This document shows, one piece after another, positions 14,501 to 26,500 of a DNA stretch of 64,000 nucleotides. The notes under the pieces are model-generated. The model was not told the origin of the DNA, did no database searches, and saw only the letters and a program-made list of their open reading frames with translations. The stretch spans positions 625,402 through 689,401 of the forward strand of contig NMRA01000143.1 of assembly GCA_002633005.1 (NCBI GenBank), in the 5' to 3' direction. Source of the DNA: Phoronis australis (taxonomy: Eukaryota; Animalia; Phoronida). Made by a program: the position numbers and the translations under genes. Each line of letters begins with the position of its first letter. Positions within the stretch are counted from its first letter, which is position 1.

Positions 14501-17500
14501 AACACCTGTTTCCATGCCGATGAAACATTTAGGCTACAAATTCAAGTTTATGTCATCAGGTATCAATGGCAACTACAAGAACTTCATCAACATTCAGATT
14601 AGAAAGGACGATGTCAATGGCCTCTATCTCAATGGCCGAACTCTCCCGGCCAACACCAAGTGGACACCAGTCGCTGGTACAAACTTTGTCACAGCTCAAG
14701 TGCCAATCACACATGGGACGTATGAAATTCAGGTGCGTTATGTACTTACTTGCCATTCTTTAATGTGCAGTCCATTTGGAAGTTCTTAAACGCTGTTTTC
14801 TGTAAGGAACTTGTGAAAAATCTGTATGGATGTTACTTTGAGTTAGACCTGGCATGGTTGATCTGTGCGCCGAGACTCATTTGGCTGATAGCAAAGTTTC
14901 TCAAAGTTATGCTCTTTTATTTTTCACTCTTCATGATAGTGTGTTACTTGATGTCGCGTGTAATGAGATTGAAAGGGTTTCCCACGGGCGCATTCATATT
15001 TTATTTACCTCTTTATGTAAACATAGGACTAACCACTGATATCTCTCTTTCTTTATGTAAGCATAGGACTAACCACTGATATCATTCTTAGACAAAGAAT
15101 TCAGTCTATTCCAGAAGTCACACGAAACAAATTGATGGTCAAACGCAATTTGCGACATGTTCATCCTTGGCTAACAGTCAAATATATGCACTGTTATGCA
15201 TTATCCAATTGTATTTGGAGTGGTGTCAGAGGACACGTAAAGCATCAGAATGCATTGATATTGTGCTGGTCTAAAATGGTTCATCTTTCATATATACAAA
15301 AATGTTCCAGGTTGTATAAAGTGCTTTCCCTTTAAGTGCAGTCAAGGCTATACTGACCGTGTACAGGAAGTGACATCATCTGTGATGGGTCATGTGTGAT
15401 CTTGCCTTGTCTCTTCTAGTCCCTGTGGTGACATGTGATGTGGACATGAAATGGTTGACATGCAACTCTTTAGTGTTGTGAAAGCACAAAACATTCTATT
15501 TGACCTATTTTCAAACGCAGCATTGTCGGATTATTTCGTGGGTAGTTTGACTATAATCAAGTAAACACAAGGCGAGGATGAGAACAGGTTATTCTACTTC
15601 CGGCGATAAGAAACGGGAACGCCGGGAGCTTTTTTATACCTTTGCATTAGAAGGAGGGAGATGTTGTATTATCTATGTTCACCACTAGGTGACGCTCCCA
15701 GCGTTCCCGTTTCTTATCGCCGGAAGTGTCACCTAGTGGTGAACATAGATAATACAACAAGCATCTTTCATTCCCATGCTGATAAGCGTAACAATCTTAC
15801 ACTTTTTCATGTGAATCATTTGAGCAGCTCACCATACAACACTTATGGTCAATTAACTGCATGTTTATGGTAAAGAATTTTACGATGCTGTGAAGTTTGA
15901 TCCTCTGCTCTTAAATCTCTGTCCAGGTTACACAATAACTGCAAGTGACAAATGCACATTTACAAACAAATTACTCTAGCGCCATCTAGCGACACAGCAA
16001 CTTTCAATGTTTTGCATGTGTATCAAAATGGCTATTGCTCCAGAGGCCCGTCTTACTACAGGTCGCAAGTCTGGTTATGGCCGTAACATTGACTTTAATA
16101 AAGTGTGACGGTCTCTCTTGATTGCAGCATACTAACCCCACGGTTACATTTGGTACAACCATGTATGGTGCTGCAACAGATGAAAGTTATGGATTTCCAG
16201 CGGGACTGCGATTGGCTGGAATCAACATGGTAAGTTCTGGGCATGAATTTGTAAGGAAGATTAGGAGCTAGGTTTTGTTCGCTGTTGAGCTTTGGAATTT
16301 AGGGAGAGCAATCATCAGTTGATTAAGTAGATATTAGTGAGCAGTGAGCTCATGTTACAAAAGTGGACGGTTAGGTTTTCTTGTTGGATCATTTCCTTTA
16401 TACTAAGTACAACTTTTCTTTTAAATAAAGAATTTTTTGGACAAATTCTAGTGCTGTCAAAAATATGGAAGGAAACCAGATTAAATAATTATAATAAATT
16501 ATTACACTTAGTTACATTTTTTGGCTCTGGAAACTTATTTTAGAAGTTTCTGTCCCCAAGTGTTAGTACAAAGTGTTTGCAGCCTGGTAAGTTTTGGCAG
16601 ACAGAACAGAACGCCGGCAGATTCTCAGTTATTGTGTCAAAATATTGTTAGCCAATCATAACATTGGCATTGCTGTCTGAAGCAGAGAGACTTGATACAC
16701 ATGTGCGATATATTGAAACATGGGTCATTTGAATCATTTCACGTTACCTCTCCATGTCTGTCTGAAAGTTTGGATCTCAAAACTGTTGTGAAAGATGGAT
16801 TCTTTTGAAAAGTATATTTATTGTGGCAAAGAATGAAAGTCTGTGGCTGACTATGTTCTTGGTGATCACCATTTCCAAAAATGTGACTGAACTGAGAACC
16901 GTATTAGTGCCATGTGATGCAGAGTCAAGCATGACATTTAGTTATCACTGATTTTTTCTGCTTTGAAAATAACTGAACTAAATTTATTTCATGCTTCAAA
17001 AATGCGCAATGAGGCTAATGTCCAAGTAAAACACAATAGCGAGGAGGCAAAGTGTTGATGCGAATTCGACACACGGGAACGACAGAGTGCCTTAACTGCT
17101 CTGAATATTTGCTTGCCACCTGGGCAATCAGCGAATGCCTATATTCATCTCATGCCATTCTTGTCACATCCTTGACTGTATGAGTAACTATTTGCAGTGG
17201 ACCTTCATTGCAGTGTCTTGTATTAGAGACGATTCCACTTTTTTGAATTACCTTAGAATCTTCTTTTGTTGCCAAACACGGAGTAAATAACCAACCTGTT
17301 TGTTCTCCCACATCATTGCTATTAATGATGTGGTCAATAATATCATATGTTATTAGTAGAGTGATATAGGCCATAGCTGGTGTGTGTTTATAATGTCACT
17401 TTGCTACTAAATAAGAACAATTGATATTAAGTACTGAAATTTGCTTACTTGAGTTGGCGACATTGCGTCTGTTTCTGACAGACTTCAGCTTGGCTTAGCC

Positions 17501-20500
17501 TAGTGGTGTTGGTGTTTAACTCGAATTTTCTGTATTTTGTTTCCTCTACTGGATGTCTCAAAACTTTCATGTTGTTATCGCTGTGTGACTGTTGAAGAAA
17601 CCATTTATGTGTCTCAGTGACCACCGTTGTTGTTTGCAGCCATGTAAACTCACTCCTGTTGTCGTTGGTGACGGTATTGACAACGACTGTGATGGAAGAA
17701 TTGACGAAGAACTGCCAAACTCAAAAGGTGACACTACCAGTACTTTGACTGTGAAAAGTAGTAATTAAGGGCATTTTAGCAATAATTATTGATAAGGATC
17801 AATAGAGTAGTGATGCATGTATCTTCCAGGCGAGACATGAAGGTGTGCTCGAGTGACAACTCTTCTGGTGGTTGGTCACAGCGCTGTGAACAAGTGACAT
17901 AGACGGTGCTCAGATGTAGGTGGTTTGAAAATTGCAATCCTTGTTGTTGTATAAGCTCAGTAAAAAGTTGACAGTTGTTTAATTATCATGTAATAAAAAT
18001 ATTTAGTGAAGAATGACACATGTGTTAAGCAATTTAAAAAATTGTTGATTCCAGATGATGATGGTGATGGGAAAGTGGACGAGGATTTGGCCAAAACCAT
18101 TGGACGTAAGAGTTTCCCAAACTTTTTGTGTGTTTCACCACGTTTTATGTCAAAACTTCTTAAAATGGATACAGTGCCTTCAGATAATGACATTGCAGTG
18201 ACAAAAGTGTTATATCATAACATATTTTCAATGTTTGTACTGTAGTCTTCAAAAACTTAGAAAAAAATCTTGTTTTTATAGATGTGTGCTTCTTATAAGA
18301 GATGCTGATAACGTTTGTTCCTGAGTCCTTTACATTCAGTTCTGCTGTCAAATTTTATATTTTATTTATTTATTTATTTATTATTGTGATATTTAAAATG
18401 AGGGTGGCCTCTTCAGTGATAGCACTGCTTTCCAAGAGGGCCCTCATTTGGTGTTTGATGACTGCATTCCTTAGTTTTGTTTGGTTTACTCATGAATGGC
18501 AATATTGCTTCAAGAGCAGAATGCTTAACTGTAAGTGCATGCATTTTATGCGTGGAATATAGAATTTATCGTGAAAACAATATTGCGATGATTTCTTTTA
18601 TACTGCTCGATTTCCTACATAACCTGTACATAGCACCGTTTTGTCAACAGTTGTCACACCGCCACCTTCAGTGTGTGGCACCAACCCTGCCGACGTCGTG
18701 TTCCTCTTGGACAACTCTGGCAGTGTCGGGTCAGCCAACTTTAAGAAACAGCTGGACTTTATTAAAAGTGTGGCCAACAACTTTGAGATAGCTCCAGACA
18801 AGGTTTGTTTCAGTACATCCCTTTTACGTACAAACCCTATGATCGCTATGCCATATTCTTGAAAGGACCCACATTCACTTTTTTCAAATTTGAATTAGAT
18901 CACTTACTGCTATAACTGTGCTAGGAGAACTTGATTTCCCATAGAGGTTAACATGATAACTAAAGGATGTGCCACCAGCTGGGTGGTGCTTGTCTGAGTT
19001 CTTGTAAAAGTTTATTATAACTAAAGGATGTGCCACCAACTGGGTGGTGCTTGTCTTCTCGAGTTTTGTCTCATGGGTAATCATTCCTTTGTCATGTTTT
19101 GAGTGATGAAATTGCTTTGAGTTTGCAGACACGCCTTAAAAAGCTAATTTGTCTTTAAAATGAGCATAAAGGGTTGCATACTGTGCTGTTTGTTTACATT
19201 CTCAGTATTTTCTTAATAGTTACCTTTTTTCCTAATTGTTGAAAAATAGCATCGGTGTGGATCATTGGATGTGAGGCGGCACCTCCAAAGAACCCCTGAG
19301 GTGCACACACAAGTTTTCTTTGAAAGTTTTGCTTTCTTGCAATTTAATGGAATTCATTTCCCTGTGCCTCAGGTTCGTATTGGCATCGTCAAGTTCAGTA
19401 CAGGTGTTCAGGCGGAGTTCCACCTGAGAAAGTACAGTACTAAATCCTCATTGATGGCTGCTATAGATAAGATCAAGTTTACTGGTGGCTACACAAACAC
19501 AGGTGATGCACTCAAGTATATGCACGAGACTGCCTTCAACCCTCTCAATGGAGACAGGTGAGTACGTGGCTTAGCCTTGCGTGCAAAATGGAACTGTGTT
19601 CTTCTTTGATTACGTGTGCAAGTTTTGGATATTAATGGATGAATAAATCGTACCATGCTTGTTACCTGCATCATGTCGAGTTATTCCTGTCCTGCTGAGT
19701 AGTGGTTTATTATTGAGCATAGTGAACACTGCCGCTGTATAATTTACATCTGCAAGTATTTTGCCACAAAACATATTGAATAATGTGCACTCGACTGTGT
19801 ATTCCCATTACTGCAATGGAAATGCAATTTATTCACAGTCAATGAATGCTTCTTAACCCTTTGTTATAAATTTCGCACAGTCATTTTATAGAGCACATGA
19901 CTAATGAAACTGAGCCAAATGCCTTTTCTCTGTCATCAGGCCAGGGGTGGTGAACATTGGTATCGTGATGACAGATGGCAAGTCAACCAACAAACCGTTG
20001 ACGCTGTCTGAAGCAGCCAAGGCCAAACAGAAAGGAATTGACATGGTCTCCATTGGTAACTAGACAGTTCTCACAATCTTTTAAACCCTTTTAAGGTTAT
20101 GTGGTACCTTATCAACTTAATTCTCATTTAGCCATTACGTTTTTGGATATTAAGTGTAAAATATTCTTTTGATAACCCTGCATACTATAACAGTACTTTT
20201 TATGTGCTCACTTACATATATCTCGGTACACATTGCTTTTGCATTGTGGGTAAATACAGCAAGGTTCGAGTGTCACTTTGTAAACCGGGACAGCCCTATT
20301 GCTCTTGTTTTGTAATTTAGTACATTCAATGGGACTTCCTTTCATTTGAAAATGTTTTAACATAAATTTGATTTTTGCTGTAGCATGCCTCTCTATTTAT
20401 GGCTTTTTCCCATTAGTTAACTTAAAGGTGAAACCCTTTGTTTCAGTGACTTTTCATATCACAAATTAAACATTACCTTATGACACATAGTAAAACCGTG

Positions 20501-23500
20501 GATTGAATGGAGTGCAACGACTGCTTCTGCAGTGAGATGTACACTTGCATTTTGAAGATTTTTGTTTTGTCTGGACCTAATTAGCATTGGGTGAGACTTC
20601 AGTTTGTCCTTGTGTGTGTATTCATGTTTGCCATATTATCTGTGAACGTAAATAAACTTAACTGGTGTCGGTTAAAAACAGAATCGTTCGCATTGGTTCC
20701 TAAATCCTGCAGGTATTGGCACGAACCTTGCTCAGGACGAGCTGAAGGCTATTGCCAGCAACAACAAACAGGTGTATAAGGCGGACAGTTTCGACGCCCT
20801 GAAGAATATTGAAGCTAAATTGACCAAACTTACTTGTGAAGGTACGACAGTTATCAGCAAAGTAAAAATTTGGATTCAGTACTTGTTTGTACACTCATCC
20901 TTAATACTGAGTATTATGTATCATTCTTATGGTGAATGATAAAAGTACAATCAGTTATAAATCAATTTTTGGTTATTTGATGCTTAAGCATTTCATCCTG
21001 TTCAGCTTTCACTTTAAACATATTTTGCGCTCTGAACTGATGAACCCAAACCACCTGCGGAACAGTTAAGTCCTCATGGGAAATGGTCGCCGTTGTGTCA
21101 CATGACATGTGTTTGAATGGAAATCCGTGCACAGCAGTTTTGAATCGAATAAAATCAAAGATATCTTGAGGGTTTGTATCCTCTTCCTGGTGAGAATAAA
21201 TCTTTATCATGGTAAAGAAAAGTTAGCACCGATTTTATAAGAACAAAAGACCTTATTCAATTTCTTTTTTAGCTAGCTAAAGAGGGTGAGGGACATCAGG
21301 AGTAACAGTCACTTTATGTTATTAATTCGTTGCCTTTTATTCCTTGCCGATTTTTTCTTTATAGTTCCAAAGGTAACAACAGCCCCACCTGTTGTCCCAA
21401 CCGCCAAAGGTAAGACTAAGATATTCAAAATGGGGTTTGTAATGTTCAATGTTATGTAGGAAATTACTAAATGAATCCGTACATTCAGCCAAATATTTAC
21501 AAAAACATAAAAGTTTAACTTTTGGACCGGGTTCGAAATCGGCCTCGGTTTCCTGCCAAAATGCTATTTAACACTGTTAAATAACTAAATGGGTTATTAA
21601 ACAGTTGTAGTGGCCATTCAAGGCTGATATTGTGGTATAAATAACATTACTGACCAAATATCATTTTGATGATTAAAGTTCACGGTAAAGTCTCGTCAAT
21701 ATTTTGTTATTTATAACAGCATCTGAATGTAGTTCAACATAAATCAATCAAAATATAAATTATTCACTTTGGTTCTCATTTCGTATCTCTGTGTGTATCT
21801 AGTTGACTGCGATATCCAAGCTGACGTCATGTTCCTATTGGACACGTCTGGCAGCGTGGGCGGACCCAACTTCAAGAAGATCACAAACTTTGTCAAAGAA
21901 GTTTCAGGCAGCTTCGACATTGGTGCCACTAAGACCAGAGTTGGTGTAGTTAAATACAGCACTAACGTTAAACCCGAGTTCAATATGTTGGCTCATAAGG
22001 ATAAGACCTCATTGTTGGCGGTAGGTTGGCTTCCTTGGCATTAAAATATTGTGTTGCATGATGGGAAACAATGTAATGCCCATAAGACCTTATTTAGGTT
22101 TAATCACATTTGTTTTTGGCCAAAATATGAGTAAGGAATCAGCGCGTATTTAAACAAAGACATTATGATAATAGTTGACGTTTCGGTTTATTATCACCAA
22201 ACCATTCCCAAGCTGCTGAGCGCTATCTGAATAGAAACATTGGTTCATGCGAGCTCCGTTTTGATTTCTGCTCTTTCCCCTCGCAATGCGTTTTGATGTG
22301 TACCTAAGTATCCAGACTGTTTTCAGCCTGTGTTAGCTGACGAGAATTGTGAACATTTGTCTTGATAAGGATCTAGTAATAATTAACCAAAATGTCGACT
22401 ATGAGTGTCTTAGTTTGTTTCTGTATCTAATGTATGCTTCCACATATTTATATGTGGACGCATTATTCTGTCATCTCCGTCCGTCTGGTGTCTGTCTGTC
22501 CGGCGTCCGCTGCTCTATCTCCAAAACCCCTTGACGTATGTTCATGAAATTTTGCACATGTGTTCCTTCCATGGATGGGACGGCATGAGCGAACTTTCGG
22601 AGGGATCCGACTACCAGTGTGCCCCCTAGTGGCAATTACGTTTAACTCTGCATCTTTAAAAGTNAAACATTGGTTCATGCGAGCTCCGTTTTGATTTCTG
22701 CTCTTTCCCCTCGCAATGCGTTTTGATGTGTACCTAAGTATCCAGACTGTTTTCGGCCTGTGTTAGCTGACGAGAATTGTGAACATTTGTCTTGATAAGG
22801 ATCTAGAAATAATTAACCAAAATGTCGACTATGAGTGTCTTAGTTTGTTTCCGTATCTAATGTATGCTTCCACATATTTATATGTGGACGCATTATTCTG
22901 TCATCTCCGTCCGTCTGGCGTCTGTCTGTCTGGCGTCCGCTGCTCTATCTCCAAAACCCCTTGACGTATGTTCATGAAATTTTGCACATGTGCTCCTTCC
23001 ATGGATGGGACGGCATGAGCGAACTTTCGGAGGGATCCGACTACCAGTGTGCCCCCTAGTGGCAATTACGTTTAACTCTGCATCTTTAAAAGTCCTGAAC
23101 GGATTTTCATAAAATTTGGTATGTATGCACTTATTAGTGAGATGACGTTATCCTGTTTTCAGATGGATTTGGTGTAGTTTGCTCCACCTAGTGGCCATTT
23201 TTACTGTTTTTTGCATTCACCCCTCTATCAACCAAACCGCTCAAAAGATGATTGTGAAAATTGTATGTATGTTCTTACTATAAAGTGGACGGCTGACAAT
23301 GTTTTTCTTACGACTTCGACTACTGTGGCAGTTTTTTTTTGCACCTATGGCTGTATCCCCTAAACCGTTCGCAGGATCTTTACTAAATTTAGTAAGTGTA
23401 TTTGTATGATGTTAACAAAGGAGGACGACGACCTTCAGATGGATCCGACTACTGGTGTGCCACCTAGTGGCAATTTTATTTTTTTACGTTTACCTAGTCT

Positions 23501-26500
23501 GTATGTTCAAAGGTCCTCAAGGTACTTTCATAAAATATGGCATACAGGCATCTGTTATTGAGATGACGCTATCTCTCCACTTTCAGATGGATGCGACTTA
23601 GTTTGCATCACCTATTGTTTTGGCGTCCACTCGTCTATCAACCAAACTGCTTTCAGGAAAATTGTGAAAATTTGCATGTATGTTTTTACTATGAAGTGCA
23701 CGGCTGACGACGATTTTCCGATTTTCCGACGAGTTCGACTACTGTGGAGCCTCCTAGGGGCAGTTTTGTTTTTTTGCACTCATGGCTGTATCTATTGAAC
23801 CTTTTGCAGGATCTTTACTTAATTTAGAAAGTGTATTTATATATGTTGACAATGGATGACCACGATTTTTGGATGGATCTGACTAGTGGTGTGCCCCCTA
23901 GTGGCAATTTTAGTTTTTTACGTTTACCAGTCTGTATCTTCAAAGGTCATCAACAGATTTTCATAAAATTTTAAAATATAGGCATCTATTGGTGAAATGA
24001 CACTATCACCCTGTTTTTGGATGGAATCGAGGTATTTTGCGCCACCTGGTGGCCATTTTTTGCTGTTTTCAAATCTTGTTTTTGGCATCCACCCCTCGAT
24101 CAACCAAATCATTCTAGGGATGGTTTTGAAAATTGGCGTATATGTCTTCAGTGAGAAGAGGACGTTTGATGATGGCATCTGACTACTGTGGCGCCTCCTA
24201 GTGGTAATTTTGTTTTGTTTTGCGCCCAAAGCTCTTTCTCCAAAACCTACTGCAGGATCTTTATTAAATTTAGTAAGTGAATGAAGATAACAGACGATGA
24301 CTTTCAGGCAGATGGAACAAACGCTGTGCCCACAAGTAGCCATTTCATTTACCTGTAGTTCTGTTTTCCTTTTTTTTCTTTGAAGTTCCTTGACTGATTT
24401 TTATGAAATATGGCATGTTCCCATTTTTGGATGGATTGTACCTTTTTGCACCATCTAGTGGCCATTTTTATGGTAAAAATAAATAACCCCAAAAGCACGC
24501 CATTTGCGATGCATTCTTGGGTGCATTTCAATGCTCCGCGTTGCTCTTGTAAAGTTATTAGCCGGTTTTCCATTGATTGAATTACTGCAATAACCTGCTG
24601 TGTATATCATGGGCATTTTAGCTCTAGTCATGAGACTGTCTGAGTATACACGCACTCATAATCATTGGAAATAGTCATATTAATCCGAAATTCAGTGGTG
24701 CATTCATCTTCCATTATTTTAAAACTAGATATTGAAGATATTGACTGCAACATATGCAAACTGCTACTTGTACTACGTTCTAAGTAATCCAAGGTTTGAT
24801 TTAACCTCAAACACCACTTAAACAATGCCAGTTTCATCATAGTTTTCAATAATGGTGTCATGTTATGCTTATTGTGATCCGCAGAATCTAATCCAGTGTG
24901 AGACTAGTACCTGGTGTGATCTGAATAAAGGATCATGCTCAATGCCTTGATTGTCATTTAAGTTTTATTTAAGTTTTCAGGTTTTGAAGTTTGAGTGAGC
25001 TAGCAAGAGAAACTAGACGTTAATATCTCTGATTGTAGGCAATAGATGGCGTCGCCTTCACAGGAGGCATCACTGAGACAGCCAAAGGAATCAAGTACCT
25101 TACAGATACCAGCTTTACCCCTCGCGAGGGTGACCGACCGGGCGTACCTGATATTGCTATTATTGTCACCGACGGCAAGTCCAACAGGAAGTCGGCGACC
25201 AAAGCAGAAGCTAAGAGGCTTCAAGACAAGGGAGTGAAAGTGTTTGCTATTGGCATTGGGAAAGGTTTGTAACTTGCTTATTGTCAGTGTATATTCTGGG
25301 AACTGGAAATGTGTGAATGTAGCTATTTGTCCAAGCACAAGCAAAACACTGGCAAAAATATCATTGAATATATGCACACATTTTTATTAATTGATAAACA
25401 TCGATGGTAGAAATTTTGTCCTTAAAGTTATGTGAAGCCAGAACATTCAAGACGGTTGTGAGATTCATAAATAATGTCTGTCTCTAGAGACATGTTTGCC
25501 AACAAAAGATTATGCTACAACCCGAGTCTGTTCTTTTACTGTTGATTAACTCTGAGCAAATGTATTGTGTGGCATTACATGGGAGCTTAGTGAGACAGCA
25601 ACATAACCTGCTGTAACTTCAGGTATCTCTATGGATGAGCTGAATGCCATTGGCAGTGACCCAGACAATGCGTTTGTCTATTCTGTGGACACATTTGACG
25701 CCCTTAAAGGATTCAAAGACATGTTCTCGACACAAGCTTGCAAAGGTAGGTTAAGAGGTGCTAGTGCGATTATCTCACCTGAGCGAATGGAGTTACCAAC
25801 ATGTTACTAGTTTGTCTTGTTCAGGATGACATGTCAGTTCTTGTTCAGGATGACATGTCAGTTCTTGTTCAGGATGACATGTCAGTTTGTCTTGTTCAGG
25901 ATGACATGTCAGTTTGTCTTGTTCAGGATGACATGTAAGTTTGTCTTGTTCAGGATGACATGTCAGTTCTTGTCCTTTATGTTTACTGCAACTCCCGCAA
26001 TTATTCAGTGGGAAAATGTAGAAATCATATACCGCGACTGTGTAAGGGTGTAGATGTAAGATGGCCAAGAATGAGAGTTGTGAGAGGCATGCTAATCTAA
26101 GACTTGTAGATGAGAGAATTCAAAGATTCAACATCAATCGAATGATGGACAATAGTCACTTACATGGGTTCCATATTTTTTGAAGGACAATAGCCAGAGG
26201 GGTTCCAGATTGTATGAAGGGCAATGTTCATTGACATGCCCTATTGTCATCTCCAGTTTGTCATCAGGGAACAATTTGAGACCATCTTCAAAATGTTCAA
26301 TGGTCTAAATCACAGGTGCATGTTGAATTTTTTTCGGTAATAGAAATCTGGATTATAAGTGCTTTAACTGACTCGGAGGTTTTTGCTAGTTTCCTGAGTG
26401 TACAATAACTCAGTTTGTGAATATTTTTTTATGTTATGTACCATTCCCCTGGACTGTTAAAACCAAGAAATTTCCAACATCACGATCTGATCTAGTATCA

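Noticed and set aside
25793-26068. LTCHPEQ-repeat ORF; similarly the YTHTYIHV (31391), GQPSLAT (40361), IRHAS/CLIEA (53471) and VSI (59664) ORFs
   Set aside because: Intronic minisatellites with unit lengths divisible by 3; no splice or phase fit with the gene.
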